This document shows, piece by piece, positions 41,386-51,174 of a stretch of DNA of 64,000 nt. The notes beneath the pieces were generated by a model. It made no database searches and had not been told where the DNA came from. It saw only the letters and a program-made list of their open reading frames with translations. Position numbers and translations under genes: made by a program. The DNA lies in the NCBI GenBank assembly GCA_964343575.1, contig CAYFJV010000001.1, forward strand, positions 410,705 through 474,704, given 5' to 3'. Numbering within the stretch: the first letter of the stretch is position 1; every line of letters starts with the position of its first letter. The DNA is from an uncultured Methanosarcinales archaeon. Lineage in GTDB: Archaea; Nanobdellota; Nanobdellia; Woesearchaeales; GW2011-AR9.

Positions 41386-43961
41386 TTTTTGTCACCTACA
41401 ACGGATTGGATAATCCCTTTGACATCCACTTCACCGTTTTTAGTTTTTGATACGTCAAGTCCGTCTTCACCAAACTTAAACTGTACAACACGCATAGATG
41501 CATCTCGCACTGTTGCGTCATACTCTACTTTTAGATCTTGCATTGCGTTAGAAAGTCTTCGATACAAGTATCCGGACTTTGGAGTTCTTAGAGCAGTATC
41601 CATCAGTGCATCTCTTCCTGTCATTGCTCCAAAGAAAAACTCGCTTGGGGTAAGTCCACTCTTGAAATTGTTTTTGATAAAACCGTGAGCCTTAGGAGTG
41701 ATGTCTCCTTTCTTGAAGTAAGAGAGAGTTCTTCCTTTGAATCCTTTCTCAATACGTTTCCCACGCAAAGCCTGCTGACCAACAACCGCAGTCATCTGCG
41801 CAATGTTAAGTACGTTACCACGAGCTCCGCTTCTTGCCATCACAAGTGCTGCATTCTCTTCGATTTGGTGCATTGCTACGTTTCCACCTTTGTTACGTGC
41901 TTTGTTCAATACTTCAATAAGTCTAAGTTCAAGCGTCTCACGAATACTTCTTCCAGGAAGTGCTTGAAGTTTTCCGTCATAAAAATCGTCAACAAGTTTT
42001 GCAGCTTGATCGGTTGATTCTTTAATGATGTTTTGGATCTCTTCTTCGCTTTGTGGCATCAAATCAAGGTCTCCAATACCAATAGAAAAACCTCGTCTTA
42101 GAAGTACTGCAATCCCAAGTTTGGAAATTCTTCCAAGTAACTCTGCAGTGAACTCTGGTCCGTAATCGGCGTAGATGTTTCGAAGCATTAATCCACTTTC
42201 TTCTCCCAAGTTTGCCTTATCCATAAGACCGCTCTTGAGCCATCCTTTGACAATCTTTACTTCGTTTCCACTTTTATCTTTTCCAAAGAAGGTAAAGTCA
42301 TCAGGTAAGAGCATAGAGAATACTTCTTTCCCATCAATCTTATCTTTCTTAGGCATACGTGAAAAATCTTCTAAACCACAAGAGTAAAGCAAATCGATTG
42401 CTTCGTTTCTGGTAAGCACAAGCTCTTTGGTAAGCAAGTAGTTCCCAGTAATGGAGTCGTGAATACATCCAACTACACTTAATCCATCTCTTGGACTAAT
42501 CAGTTGAGTTTGTACTAACATAAGAACTTCTGCTTCAGCCCTTGCTTCTTCGGTTTGCGGAACGTGTAAGTTCATCTCATCCCCATCAAAGTCTGCGTTA
42601 TATGGGTGACAAACACTTGGGTTAAGTCTGAAGGTTTTTCCAGGAAGTACACGAATCTTGTGACACATCATACTCATTCTATGCAAAGAAGGCTGACGGT
42701 TGAAGAGTGCAACATCTCCATCAATGAGGTGACGCTCAACTTTATATCCCACATCAATCTCTTCTAAGATCTCTTCCATGGTTTCTTCAGTGATAGTCTT
42801 TCTTCTTCCTTGAGGATTAATGACGTAGTTTGCCCCAGGATATTTTTTAGGACCATTCTTGATGAACTGGATGAGGTACTCTTTGTTCCACTCGGTTACT
42901 CGCTCAGGAACAGTCAGGTGCATTGCCATCTTCATTGGTACACCAACTTCGTTCATACTGATCATTGGATCTGGACTGATAACAGTACGCGCCGAGAAAT
43001 CAGTACGTTTCCCAGCCAAGTTATGCCTAATACGTCCTTCCTTACTTTTGATTCTTGCAGCAAGAGTCTTCAATACTTGCCCACCTCGGTGTCTTGCAGG
43101 AGGAAGCTGCGCTACTCCGTTATTGAAATAAGTAGTTACATGGTATTGTAATAAATCCCAAAGATCTTCAATGATAATCTCAGGAGCCCCTGCGTTAATG
43201 TTCTCAAAAAGACGCTGGTTAATTCTTACAACATCACCCAATTTGTGAGTCAGATCGTCCTCACTTCGCTCTCCGCTTTGCAAAGTAATACTTGGCCTCA
43301 TTGTCACCGGAGGAATAGCAAGAACAGTCAGTACAAGCCACTCTGGCCTCATCACTTCAGGATCAAAACCAAAAAGTGGAAGGTCTTCGTTAGAGATTCT
43401 TTCTAAACGAGCACGCACTTCAATTGGACTGAGTTTTTGTTCTCCTTCAAAGAAGGTGTAGGGTTTGTTAATCTTAACTGCTTCTTGTTTGGTTCCACAA
43501 TGAGGACATTTTCCTTTGTCCTTATACTTTTTAACATACTGCTTTACTCTTCGACGCTGCGCTTCTGGACCTTGCTGTTCACCTACTTGTTGCAATTCGC
43601 CAAGAACTCTTTTGATCTTTTCTTCAGGGATTTGTACCCTTCCACAACTTTTACAACAAGATCTAAGCAAGTCGTGCACATGCTTTACAAAAGAGATGTG
43701 AATCACCGGACGGGCAAGTTCAATGTGACCAAAGTGACCAAAAGATTCCTTCAGTCCCCCACCGTCAGTTTTACAACGAAGCCCGGGATCAATAACTCCT
43801 AAACGAATGTCCATAAGGCCACCATCTACAGGATATCCTTCACGATCGTAGAGCTCAGGAGTTACGATCTTTGCTACGGAAAGGTCAGTGATTTGTTTTG
43901 GAGAAAGAACTCCAAAAGAGATTGATTCAATTTTTTTGTGCACTTGTTGGTTTGACTTCAT
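41382..43961 (-). CDS. rpoA1: RNA polymerase subunit A'
   Basis: Catalytic [22 protein letters not shown]. Confidence 0.99.
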   Translation of the reverse strand: MKSNQQVHKKIESISFGVLSPKQITDLSVAKIVTPELYDREGYPVDGGLMDIRLGVIDPGLRCKTDGGGLKESFGHFGHIELARPVIHISFVKHVHDLLRSCCKSCGRVQIPEEKIKRVLGELQQVGEQQGPEAQRRRVKQYVKKYKDKGKCPHCGTKQEAVKINKPYTFFEGEQKLSPIEVRARLERISNEDLPLFGFDPEVMRPEWLVLTVLAIPPVTMRPSITLQSGERSEDDLTHKLGDVVRINQRLFENINAGAPEIIIEDLWDLLQYHVTTYFNNGVAQLPPARHRGGQVLKTLAARIKSKEGRIRHNLAGKRTDFSARTVISPDPMISMNEVGVPMKMAMHLTVPERVTEWNKEYLIQFIKNGPKKYPGANYVINPQGRRKTITEETMEEILEEIDVGYKVERHLIDGDVALFNRQPSLHRMSMMCHKIRVLPGKTFRLNPSVCHPYNADFDGDEMNLHVPQTEEARAEAEVLMLVQTQLISPRDGLSVVGCIHDSITGNYLLTKELVLTRNEAIDLLYSCGLEDFSRMPKKDKIDGKEVFSMLLPDDFTFFGKDKSGNEVKIVKGWLKSGLMDKANLGEESGLMLRNIYADYGPEFTAELLGRISKLGIAVLLRRGFSIGIGDLDLMPQSEEEIQNIIKESTDQAAKLVDDFYDGKLQALPGRSIRETLELRLIEVLNKARNKGGNVAMHQIEENAALVMARSGARGNVLNIAQMTAVVGQQALRGKRIEKGFKGRTLSYFKKGDITPKAHGFIKNNFKSGLTPSEFFFGAMTGRDALMDTALRTPKSGYLYRRLSNAMQDLKVEYDATVRDASMRVVQFKFGEDGLDVSKTKNGEVDVKGIIQSVVGDKK

Positions 43962-43987
43962 TGTAAATCCTCTGCAGTTCTCAATTG

Positions 43988-45793
43988 TTAGTATTTATTC
44001 TTCAAATGTAATTGTGGATAGACACCCATACTTCTAATCTCATCAAGTAAAAGTTTGAATGCATAACTCATCTCAACGTTGGACACTTCAGCAGAATCAC
44101 CGTGAAGGTGAGACATTGGAATTCCGCCACGCTTATAGTCGTAATATCCCACAAGACCAGAGCGCTCACAAATCGGAAGCACAGTCTTATCTGAATCAAA
44201 ACGCTCTTTAAGCAGGAGCGATGCTCCATGAGCAACAAAGGTATCCTTCTCCATCTCTCCAAGACGAAGACCTCCTTCTTTTGCCTTCCCTTCGGTAGGT
44301 TGACGAGTAAGAAGCTGGATTGGACCACGTGCCCTGGATTGCATTTTGTTTGCAACCATGTGCCTTAGTCTCAAGTAGTACATGTTTCCAACATAAATTC
44401 TAGCGATCATTTGCTTACCAGTAATTCCATCATAGAAGACTTCAGTCCCATCTTCACGAAAGCCAAGACCAGCAAGTTCTGCACGAAGAGCATCTTCCTT
44501 CTCAGAATCGAAAAGAGTTGCATCGACATAACGGGAAGCAAGAGCTCCCACTTTTGCTCCCACTAACTCAAGTAAATGGGAAACAGTCATACGGGAACTT
44601 ACTCCGTGCGGTGTAAAAATAAGATCAGGAGTGATTCCAGATGGTGAAAAAGGCAAATCAGTTGAAGGAATAAGTACACCAGTAACTCCTTTCTGTCCGT
44701 GACGAGAAGTAAACTTATCTCCAATCTCTGGGATTCTCTGACTTCGTAAACGTACTTGGATGAGTTTGTTTCCTTCTTCGTTTTCACTCAGCATAACAAA
44801 GTCAGCAACACCTTTCTCTCCATGCTTGAGCGCAATAGAACTTTCTCTTCGAGTAGCAACAGATAAGTTGTACTCATCAAGGCTGTTCAAAAAACGAGGA
44901 GGGCTTGTCTTTCCAATTACTACATCTCCTTCTTTTACTTGGGCTTCAAGATGTACAATCCCATCTCCTTCTAGGAAACGATAATCTTTCTCTGATCGAT
45001 AACCTTTAGCTTCCTTGTCAGGAACACCAAGTTCATCAGTAAGGCCACCACTATACCTCATGATCTCAGAGGAAACTGGCCGGAAGTAAGTACTTCGGGC
45101 AAGCCCGCGCTCGACAGAAGACTTGTTCAGAATTACTCCGTCCTCCATGTTGTATCCTTGGTAAGACATGATAGCAACAACCATGTTCTGTCCAGCAGGA
45201 TGCTGTGCGTATTTACTTACTTCATGAATTTTGGTTCTTACAATTGGATACTGAGGGTAGTGCTGCACATTAGTATCCATATCCATACGTAAGTGATAAT
45301 TTGCAGCATAAAAACCGATTGCCTGCTTCTGGTTCTTACTTCCAATAATCAGACGAGCTGACTGCGTGTAGTTCCCAAAAGGTACAAGAGCGGTTGTGAT
45401 TCCACAGATAGATCCCTGAGTGATTTCAAGGTGTGTGTGTGCTTCAGTTAACTCTTCTTCACTGTAAGCTACGAGAAGGTTTTCTTCTTCACCAGCATCA
45501 ATGTACTCAATTACTCCTTGGCGCACAAGATCTTGCCAAGAAATTTCTCCCGCTTTTAACTGCTCAATATGTTTCTTAGAAAGAAGAGCTTTTCCTTCTT
45601 TTACTAAAATTAGTGGACGAAGAGCCCGTCCCTCTTGGGAAAAGACAAGAACCTCATCAAACTCTTTGTTATAGTGTACAGAAACCTGCTCTGGCAAGTT
45701 CCCATTTCTTCTTTGATCACGAAAATTTTCTACAAAAGATTCTGCATCATCTACGGTACCAAGGAATTTTCCATCCAAATATATCTCTGCCAT
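43988..45793 (-). CDS. rpoB1: RNA polymerase subunit B'
   Basis: GYNMED, GDKFTSRHGQKG, GLRLGEME. Confidence 0.98.
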   Translation of the reverse strand: MAEIYLDGKFLGTVDDAESFVENFRDQRRNGNLPEQVSVHYNKEFDEVLVFSQEGRALRPLILVKEGKALLSKKHIEQLKAGEISWQDLVRQGVIEYIDAGEEENLLVAYSEEELTEAHTHLEITQGSICGITTALVPFGNYTQSARLIIGSKNQKQAIGFYAANYHLRMDMDTNVQHYPQYPIVRTKIHEVSKYAQHPAGQNMVVAIMSYQGYNMEDGVILNKSSVERGLARSTYFRPVSSEIMRYSGGLTDELGVPDKEAKGYRSEKDYRFLEGDGIVHLEAQVKEGDVVIGKTSPPRFLNSLDEYNLSVATRRESSIALKHGEKGVADFVMLSENEEGNKLIQVRLRSQRIPEIGDKFTSRHGQKGVTGVLIPSTDLPFSPSGITPDLIFTPHGVSSRMTVSHLLELVGAKVGALASRYVDATLFDSEKEDALRAELAGLGFREDGTEVFYDGITGKQMIARIYVGNMYYLRLRHMVANKMQSRARGPIQLLTRQPTEGKAKEGGLRLGEMEKDTFVAHGASLLLKERFDSDKTVLPICERSGLVGYYDYKRGGIPMSHLHGDSAEVSNVEMSYAFKLLLDEIRSMGVYPQLHLKNKY

Positions 45794-45813
45794 TCTGATT
45801 ACCTTAGCCTGAT

Positions 45814-47289
45814 TTATTCAGCTAATCTTACCCCCAAGTTAGCTATTCTTTGTACCAAGTCTTCTTGGTTTACTTTTTGTGAAATGGAACAGAGCATAGC
45901 AAGATTTTTCCTCAGGCCAATGTTTGTTCCTTCTGGAGTTTCAATTGGACACAACCTCCCAATATGGGTACAGTGCAGCTCCCTTGCCATAAAATTTTCT
46001 TGAGAGCTAGAAAGCGGACTGTTTACCTTTTGCAAATGTGAAAGCATTGCAAGGAAGTTTGCCCTATCCATTCTCTGAGCTACCCCTTGTCTTCCACCAA
46101 CCCATTCACCAGTTGCCATACTAGAATAGATCCTAGATGTAAGCAACTTGTCACGAATGATCACTTTGATAGAAGGCAACTTCCCACGCTTAATGATTCT
46201 CTGGAAGTTGTAAATAATATCACTTGAAAGGACTTTAAAGTTAACCCTAAAAAGATCAAGTAAAAGGTCACCGCTGAGACGAAGCCTCTTGTTCATGTAA
46301 TGATCTTTATCATCAAGCTGACGTTCTCCCCTTGCAACTTGTACAAACTTTTTGAGCATCTTACACAAGTTTCTTGCTTTAGTCTCTCTTGCAGACTTAT
46401 CCATCCCGAGATGTGGAAGTAAGAATCGGTCAACCATGTCACGAGTTCTCTCAACACGAATTTCTTTATTTTGAGTAATCCCGCTCTTTTTGGCAAGATA
46501 ATCAAGTGCTTCTTCCTGAGTCTTGATGTCTACAAACTCGAAAAGGTTCAAAAGAACTTCATCATAAACTTTTTCAGGAGAAATTGATTTCATGATCTCT
46601 TCATCTTTAAGCATACCAAGAGCCTTAAGCACAACCATAATAGGAACTGACTTTAATCGAGTGAAAGACATGTAGAAGAAACCATCTTTCTTGAGCTCAA
46701 ACTCATGAGGAATTTTATAAGACCCTGCAGCAGAAAACATTCTTCCCACAAAAGCTCCAGTGCGCGCTTTTTCAATGAGGAAATTATTTGCAGCAAGATC
46801 TTCAATGGTCACGAGAACCTTTTCAGTTCCGTTGATAATAAAGTATCCCCCTGGGTCAGTTGGATCTTCTCCTTTCTTGATCAATTCTTCTCGAGAAAGA
46901 CCATGTAAGTTACAATGTTTACTTCGAAGCATGATTGGCATTTTACCGATCTCAGCAACAAAGTTTTCACGTTGTACCTCATTAATATAAGAAGAAACCT
47001 CCAAGAAAATTGGAGCAGAATAAGAAATTTTTCGAAGACGAGCTTCACTTGGAAAGATTGGTCGTTTGCTCCCATCGGCTTCCACCACTTGTGGTTTTCC
47101 GACGGTGATCTTCCCAAAACGAATCTTGAAAGATTCGATGTTGTGTGGGATAATACTTGGCTCAACCTCTTTGTTTTCAGCGATTACTTCTTTGAGGCCA
47201 AGCTCAATAAAGTTATCAAAAGATTGAATGTTACTCTCGACAAATTTCTTGTCTTCAAAATATTTTTCGACTAAAACTGATTTATCCAT
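45814..47289 (-). CDS. rpoB2: RNA polymerase subunit B''
   Basis: GGYFIINGTE, NKRLRL, CPIETPEG. Confidence 0.98.
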   Translation of the reverse strand: MDKSVLVEKYFEDKKFVESNIQSFDNFIELGLKEVIAENKEVEPSIIPHNIESFKIRFGKITVGKPQVVEADGSKRPIFPSEARLRKISYSAPIFLEVSSYINEVQRENFVAEIGKMPIMLRSKHCNLHGLSREELIKKGEDPTDPGGYFIINGTEKVLVTIEDLAANNFLIEKARTGAFVGRMFSAAGSYKIPHEFELKKDGFFYMSFTRLKSVPIMVVLKALGMLKDEEIMKSISPEKVYDEVLLNLFEFVDIKTQEEALDYLAKKSGITQNKEIRVERTRDMVDRFLLPHLGMDKSARETKARNLCKMLKKFVQVARGERQLDDKDHYMNKRLRLSGDLLLDLFRVNFKVLSSDIIYNFQRIIKRGKLPSIKVIIRDKLLTSRIYSSMATGEWVGGRQGVAQRMDRANFLAMLSHLQKVNSPLSSSQENFMARELHCTHIGRLCPIETPEGTNIGLRKNLAMLCSISQKVNQEDLVQRIANLGVRLAE

Positions 47290-47357
47290 TTGCTTTGACC
47301 CCCAGCATGTATCATCTGGTATTCATTTTGATTTTCTTCCTCGAGAAAGCTGGAAAG

Positions 47358-47594
47358 CTAACTCTCGATTACTGCCCTATAATAAACTGCTTTCCCTGCA
47401 CTCCTACTCATTCGAACTACCTTAACCACATCCCCTGCCTTAGCATTAAGTGCAATAATTGCAGGATCTTCCTGTTTGATTTTTGGTAAGTGTTTTGTAG
47501 AAATACGCAGCTCTTCTAAGAGCGCGGTTTTTTCCTTCTCGCTAAGAAGGCTGTGCTCAGGCACAAGATTATGTTGTTGTTTTTCTGCAGCCAT
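47358..47594 (-). CDS. rpoH: RNA polymerase subunit H (Rpo5)
   Basis: HNLVPEH, LPKI..DP, YYRAV; start reassigned to MAAEK. Confidence 0.96.
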   Translation of the reverse strand: MAAEKQQHNLVPEHSLLSEKEKTALLEELRISTKHLPKIKQEDPAIIALNAKAGDVVKVVRMSRSAGKAVYYRAVIES

Positions 47595-47631
47595 TGTTTT
47601 TGTTTCCTTCGATTGTGACAGTGTTAAAGTG

Positions 47632-47715
47632 GCGGGCCGGAAGGCAACGAGAAAATTTACATTTTCTGAGCCTTCGTCCACTTCATCTCTTTTTGGGATG
47701 AAGCGGGCCGGAAGG
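47632..47715 (-). mobile_element. Hairpin cassette (47645-47702) flanked by a 13-bp duplication of the tRNA-Lys 3' end
   Basis: GCGGGCCGGAAGG at 47632-47644 and 47703-47715; hairpin AGAAAAT-TTAC-ATTTTCT. Confidence 0.55.
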
Positions 47716-47777
47716 GATTTGAACCCTCGACCGCTTGATTAAAAGTCAAGCGCTCTACCAAGCTAAGCTACCGGCCC
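47704..47777 (-). tRNA. tRNA-Lys(TTT), intronless
   Basis: GGGCCGG/CCGGCCC; CTTGA-CT-TTT-AA-TCAAG; TTCAAAT. Confidence 0.97.
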
Positions 47778-47810
47778 GTGACGCCCCTCAATCCGAATTA
47801 AGGAGCAAAG

Positions 47811-47929
47811 CGCCCTGGCCGGGAATCGAACCCGGGTCGGAGCCTTTCAACGGAGGCGAAAGGTTCAGAAACCTTTTGGTTTCTCGCCACCTCGACAGGG
47901 CTCCATGATAACCACTACACCACCAAGGC
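47811..47929 (-). tRNA. tRNA-Asp(GTC) with 47-nt intron (47846-47892)
   Basis: GCCTTGG/CCAGGGC with G73; GAGCC/GGCTC; T loop TTCGATT. Confidence 0.93.
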
Positions 47930-48124
47930 ACCACTCTGCAGAGCTGACTCTATTTCGTATTTTCACGTCCTAGAATGCTGACCCTGCCACTTTCGCCTTA
48001 AGACAGGTGCCCCTTTATAAAGCTTTCGGGAAAAGAAGCTTAATTTTGCCTTGTTCCTGTAATTTTAGGGATTGATTTTGGAAAAATAGGGCTTATTTTT
48101 TTACAAAAAAGTAGAGTTAAAAAG

Positions 48125-48212
48125 GAAAAAGAGTCCCCCACCAGATCTGCAACCAAGTTTTTTGTAAAAAACATTGACTAAAAACAAAGATAAGAAAAAG
48201 AGTCCCCCCACC
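48125..48212 (-). mobile_element. Hairpin cassette (48143-48193) flanked by an ~18-bp duplication of the tRNA-Tyr 3' end
   Basis: GAAAAAGAGTCCCCC(C)ACC at 48125-48142 and 48194-48212; AGATCTGCAACCAA end shared with the tRNA-Arg copy. Confidence 0.6.
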
Positions 48213-48329
48213 CGGATTTGAACCGGGGATCTCCCGGTGACTATTGGCTGATTTTTTCTCATCCTAGCCGAATTGGCCTGTCAAAAAAACATCTACAGCC
48301 GGGCGTTCTAGCCACTAAACTATGGAGGG
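48203..48329 (-). tRNA. tRNA-Tyr(GTA) with 54-nt intron (48239-48292)
   Basis: Archaeal-type C1:G72 with A73; CCCGG/CCGGG; BHB helix CTGT/ATAG. Confidence 0.94.
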
Positions 48330-48340
48330 ATCAATGAAAG

Positions 48341-48442
48341 TGCGGCAGCCGAGATTCGAACTCGGGTCACAGCCTCTTTGCACAGATGCAAGAGACCTGA
48401 TTGTATGGCAAGGCCGTATAATAACCACTATACTACTGCCGC
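48341..48442 (-). tRNA. tRNA-Gly(GCC) with 30-nt intron (48376-48405)
   Basis: GCGGCAG/CTGCCGC; CGGCC/GGCTG; BHB helix TTGC/GCAA. Confidence 0.94.
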
Positions 48443-48541
48443 ATTGCCTAGCGCCTTTATCTTCTAATCTGCTTATTAATTTTTTGGTTTGTTTGGTCTT
48501 GCGAAAAACATTGAAAACAGGAAAAATAAAGAGGAAAAGAA

Positions 48542-48620
48542 AAAAGTGGGTCTGGTGGGTATGCAACCAAACTTTTAGAAAAAGTTTGATCAAAACAAGG
48601 TTAAAAGTGGGTCTGGTGGG
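48542..48620 (-). mobile_element. Hairpin cassette (48560-48602) flanked by an 18-bp duplication of the tRNA-Ile 3' end
   Basis: AAAAGTGGGTCTGGTGGG at 48542-48559 and 48603-48620; TGCAACCAAACTTTT..AAAAGTTTGATCAAAA. Confidence 0.6.
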
Positions 48621-48734
48621 ATTTGAACCCTCGACCTCTGGCTGTCTTCGCAAATTAGCGGATTGTTCTTTCTTACTTTGCGCCGCTAATGGTCATATAA
48701 GACCAGCGCTCTAACCAGACTGAGCTACAGACCC
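48608..48734 (-). tRNA. tRNA-Ile(TAT) with 52-nt intron (48644-48695)
   Basis: GGGTCTG/CAGACCC with A73; CTGGT-CT-TAT-A|intron|A-GCCAG; TTCAAAT. Confidence 0.88.
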
Positions 48735-49013
48735 ATGAGTGGAAAAAGGAAGTTATAGCTTTTTAATTGTTTTGCGAAGCACTTATGGGAGGAAAAGAGA
48801 TGAAAAAGTATGTTCAGTAAACAAAAACAAAGAGCAGCTTAGGAAGGAGCTTGGAAAAAAATCTCGGTTTGTTTATAAAGTAGGCCAAAAAATGAAGGTT
48901 CTTACTTGCTTGTGAAGACAAAACTATATAAAGGCTAAAAAGAGTTTTTCGTTAGGAGTTTGTCCTGACTACTACTGAGATCTTTGCCCTCCTCTGGACA
49001 AAGGAGCCAAGTT

Positions 49014-50024
49014 ATGAATCTTAATCAAGTAAAAAAGCTCATGGAGCGAAGTAAGAACGCCAGTAAAGGAGAAAGTGGTTATGCTCTCATTGTTGGAGGT
49101 TCTGAGGACTACACGACCGCCCCTGCCTTAGCCGGGCTTGCTGCCTTGCGAGTCGGTTGCGATTCTGTAACTGTTGCTGCTCCAGAGAAAGTTGCATGGG
49201 CAATTAATCAAGCTTCTTTGGATCTGATCACCCACAAGGTGAAAGGGACCGGTCTGAATATTAAGAATGTTAAAGAGATTGCTAAATTTTCTGATCGTTT
49301 TGATGCTGTACTTCTAGGTAACGGACTTACTCGATCTTCGGACAAGTTTTGCCAAACATTCTTACGTAAATCACAATCCCTTAAAGTTGTTGATGCAGAT
49401 GCATTAAAAGGAGCTTCTTTCAAAGATTTTAAAGATAGTATTGTTACGCCACATTGGGGAGAATTAGAGTCGATGTTGGTGAATAGCAACAAAGAATTCT
49501 TAATCCCAAAATTGAAAGAAACAAACGCAAAAGGAAGAGCAGAGATCTTGCAAGGAAACTTGCGTTACTTTTTGCACAACAACAATGTGCTCTTATTGAA
49601 AGGTTCTACAGATATTATTATTTCTCGTAACAAAGTAGCTTTCAACAGAACAGGAAATCCAGGGATGGCGAAAGCAGGAACTGGCGATGTACTTGCAGGT
49701 TTGGTGCTTGGCTTTTTAGCGAAGACAAAGGACTTGTTCAAGAGCGCTGTTGCTGGAGCTTTCGTTAATGGTATGCTTGGTGACCAACTCTTAAAGAAGA
49801 AGAAAGGTTATGTCTTCTTAGCTTCTGATATTTTGGCTGATTTGGAAACACTTTCTGCTAAGTTGGGCCCTGTTCCAAAGAAGGAAGCTGTGAAAAAGAA
49901 ACAGGCTAAGGCCAAGACTACAAAAACAAAGGCAAGTGTTAAGAAAAAATCTGCTAAGAAGAAAAAGCCTAAGCGTGGACCTGTTGTGAAGCCAAATAAG
50001 GGACATAAAAAGAAGAGATATTAG
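49014..50024 (+). CDS. nnrD: NAD(P)H-hydrate dehydratase with Lys-rich C-terminal tail
   Basis: IVGGS, LGNGL, VVDADAL, TPHWGE, LLKG, GTGDVLAG. Confidence 0.92.
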   Translation: MNLNQVKKLMERSKNASKGESGYALIVGGSEDYTTAPALAGLAALRVGCDSVTVAAPEKVAWAINQASLDLITHKVKGTGLNIKNVKEIAKFSDRFDAVLLGNGLTRSSDKFCQTFLRKSQSLKVVDADALKGASFKDFKDSIVTPHWGELESMLVNSNKEFLIPKLKETNAKGRAEILQGNLRYFLHNNNVLLLKGSTDIIISRNKVAFNRTGNPGMAKAGTGDVLAGLVLGFLAKTKDLFKSAVAGAFVNGMLGDQLLKKKKGYVFLASDILADLETLSAKLGPVPKKEAVKKKQAKAKTTKTKASVKKKSAKKKKPKRGPVVKPNKGHKKKRY

Positions 50025-50038
50025 CTTGTACTCTCCTT

Positions 50039-51088
50039 TTAGTCCTTCAAGCTCTTTTCAAACTTCTTGAGGATGAACTTGAGCGCATCGTCAACCTTAT
50101 CTTGAAAGACGGTTGCAACGCCAACACCATAGTGCCCACCACCAATGCCTTCTCCAAATTTCTCTGCAGTTTCTCGACATAAAGCACCAATGTCTAGTTT
50201 ACAACGCTCTTTGTGGAAAATGTTACAACCCATACCAATTCTTGCAAAGTCACCCTCGCGTTCTTCTTTGACGTTTATTCCATAAGAAGAGTCGGGGAAC
50301 TTGAGGTAGACATAAAAACGATCAACGATCCCTTTGCTTATGTTTACCTTTCTGCTATCTTGTACAACAGTTTGGGCTTTCTTGTTGTACTCAACATAAG
50401 TATCAACATGTTCACGCCATTCCTTAAAACCCTTAAGCATTGCTTTGTGAAACAAAAGGGGTTGTAAGCTTTGGAAAAGGGGAGTGTTGAAAGGAGTTGT
50501 TCCAAGTTTTGTAGTAAGAAGTGTTCTGAAAATTGCTTCGTTAAGATTGCGATCCCTTGTATGGAACATGTTCCCAAGCATATGAAGATAAAGTAACTGA
50601 CTTGGTTTTTCGTAGTCTTTTTGTGGATAAAAGCACTGTTTGATAACCTTCTTTGTGTAAAGAGCTCCATCCATGATATCAATTGCTTCTTTGAACTCTT
50701 TGAGCTCTTTGGTGATTTTAACCCCTTCCTCTTTTGCAAGATCTAAAAGGTAGCCTGCACAACTGTGCTCTTGCTTCCAATGGAAATGCTTAGGAAGTTC
50801 TTCTTGCTCTTCGGGTTTATTGCTTGTGTGATGATCTGCCCAAAAGAGCACGGGAGTTGGTGGCCTTGGAAGATCCACTACCAAATCTGTTTCTTGGAAC
50901 TCAAACTCAGAAACATGGTGCGGTTTGATGGGGTAAATTGGAATATTTTGAATCTGTTTTTCTGTGAGCTTTGGAAGAAGCTTTGGAAGGAGATATTTCT
51001 TGAGTACAAAAGCGCTGCAAAAACCATCGGTACAAGCAGCATGCGTGATAATTCTGTTTTTTTTTTCTCTGTTTTCTTTCTTTGTCAT
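50039..51088 (-). CDS. DHH/DHHA1 phosphoesterase
   Basis: H..CTDG, VVDLP, WADHH, GGGH. Confidence 0.85.
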   Translation of the reverse strand: MTKKENREKKNRIITHAACTDGFCSAFVLKKYLLPKLLPKLTEKQIQNIPIYPIKPHHVSEFEFQETDLVVDLPRPPTPVLFWADHHTSNKPEEQEELPKHFHWKQEHSCAGYLLDLAKEEGVKITKELKEFKEAIDIMDGALYTKKVIKQCFYPQKDYEKPSQLLYLHMLGNMFHTRDRNLNEAIFRTLLTTKLGTTPFNTPLFQSLQPLLFHKAMLKGFKEWREHVDTYVEYNKKAQTVVQDSRKVNISKGIVDRFYVYLKFPDSSYGINVKEEREGDFARIGMGCNIFHKERCKLDIGALCRETAEKFGEGIGGGHYGVGVATVFQDKVDDALKFILKKFEKSLKD

Positions 51089-51174
51089 GGTGAAGAGAAA
51101 TTTGTGCTTAGCTTTAAAAGATTATGCTTGGGGTCTGCGAGAGCCGGGATTCGTGGGTGAAGAAGTTAGAGAGA

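Noticed and set aside
40250..47274. Many antisense and alternate-frame ORFs within the rpo genes and other core genes
   Set aside because: Shadows of conserved coding sequence with no motifs.
47595..47681. N-terminal extension of RpoH in the ORF track
   Set aside because: It runs through the tRNA-Lys duplication cassette; MAAEK at 47594 gives a normal-length Rpo5.
47783..47816. Possible 3'-end duplication of tRNA-Asp (CGCCC)
   Set aside because: Only 5 bp match and no cassette motif.
48315..48714. ORFs of 112 and 130 aa, and similar ones at 8937-9295, 28163-28366 and 47476-47742
   Set aside because: They overlap tRNA genes and are chance open frames.
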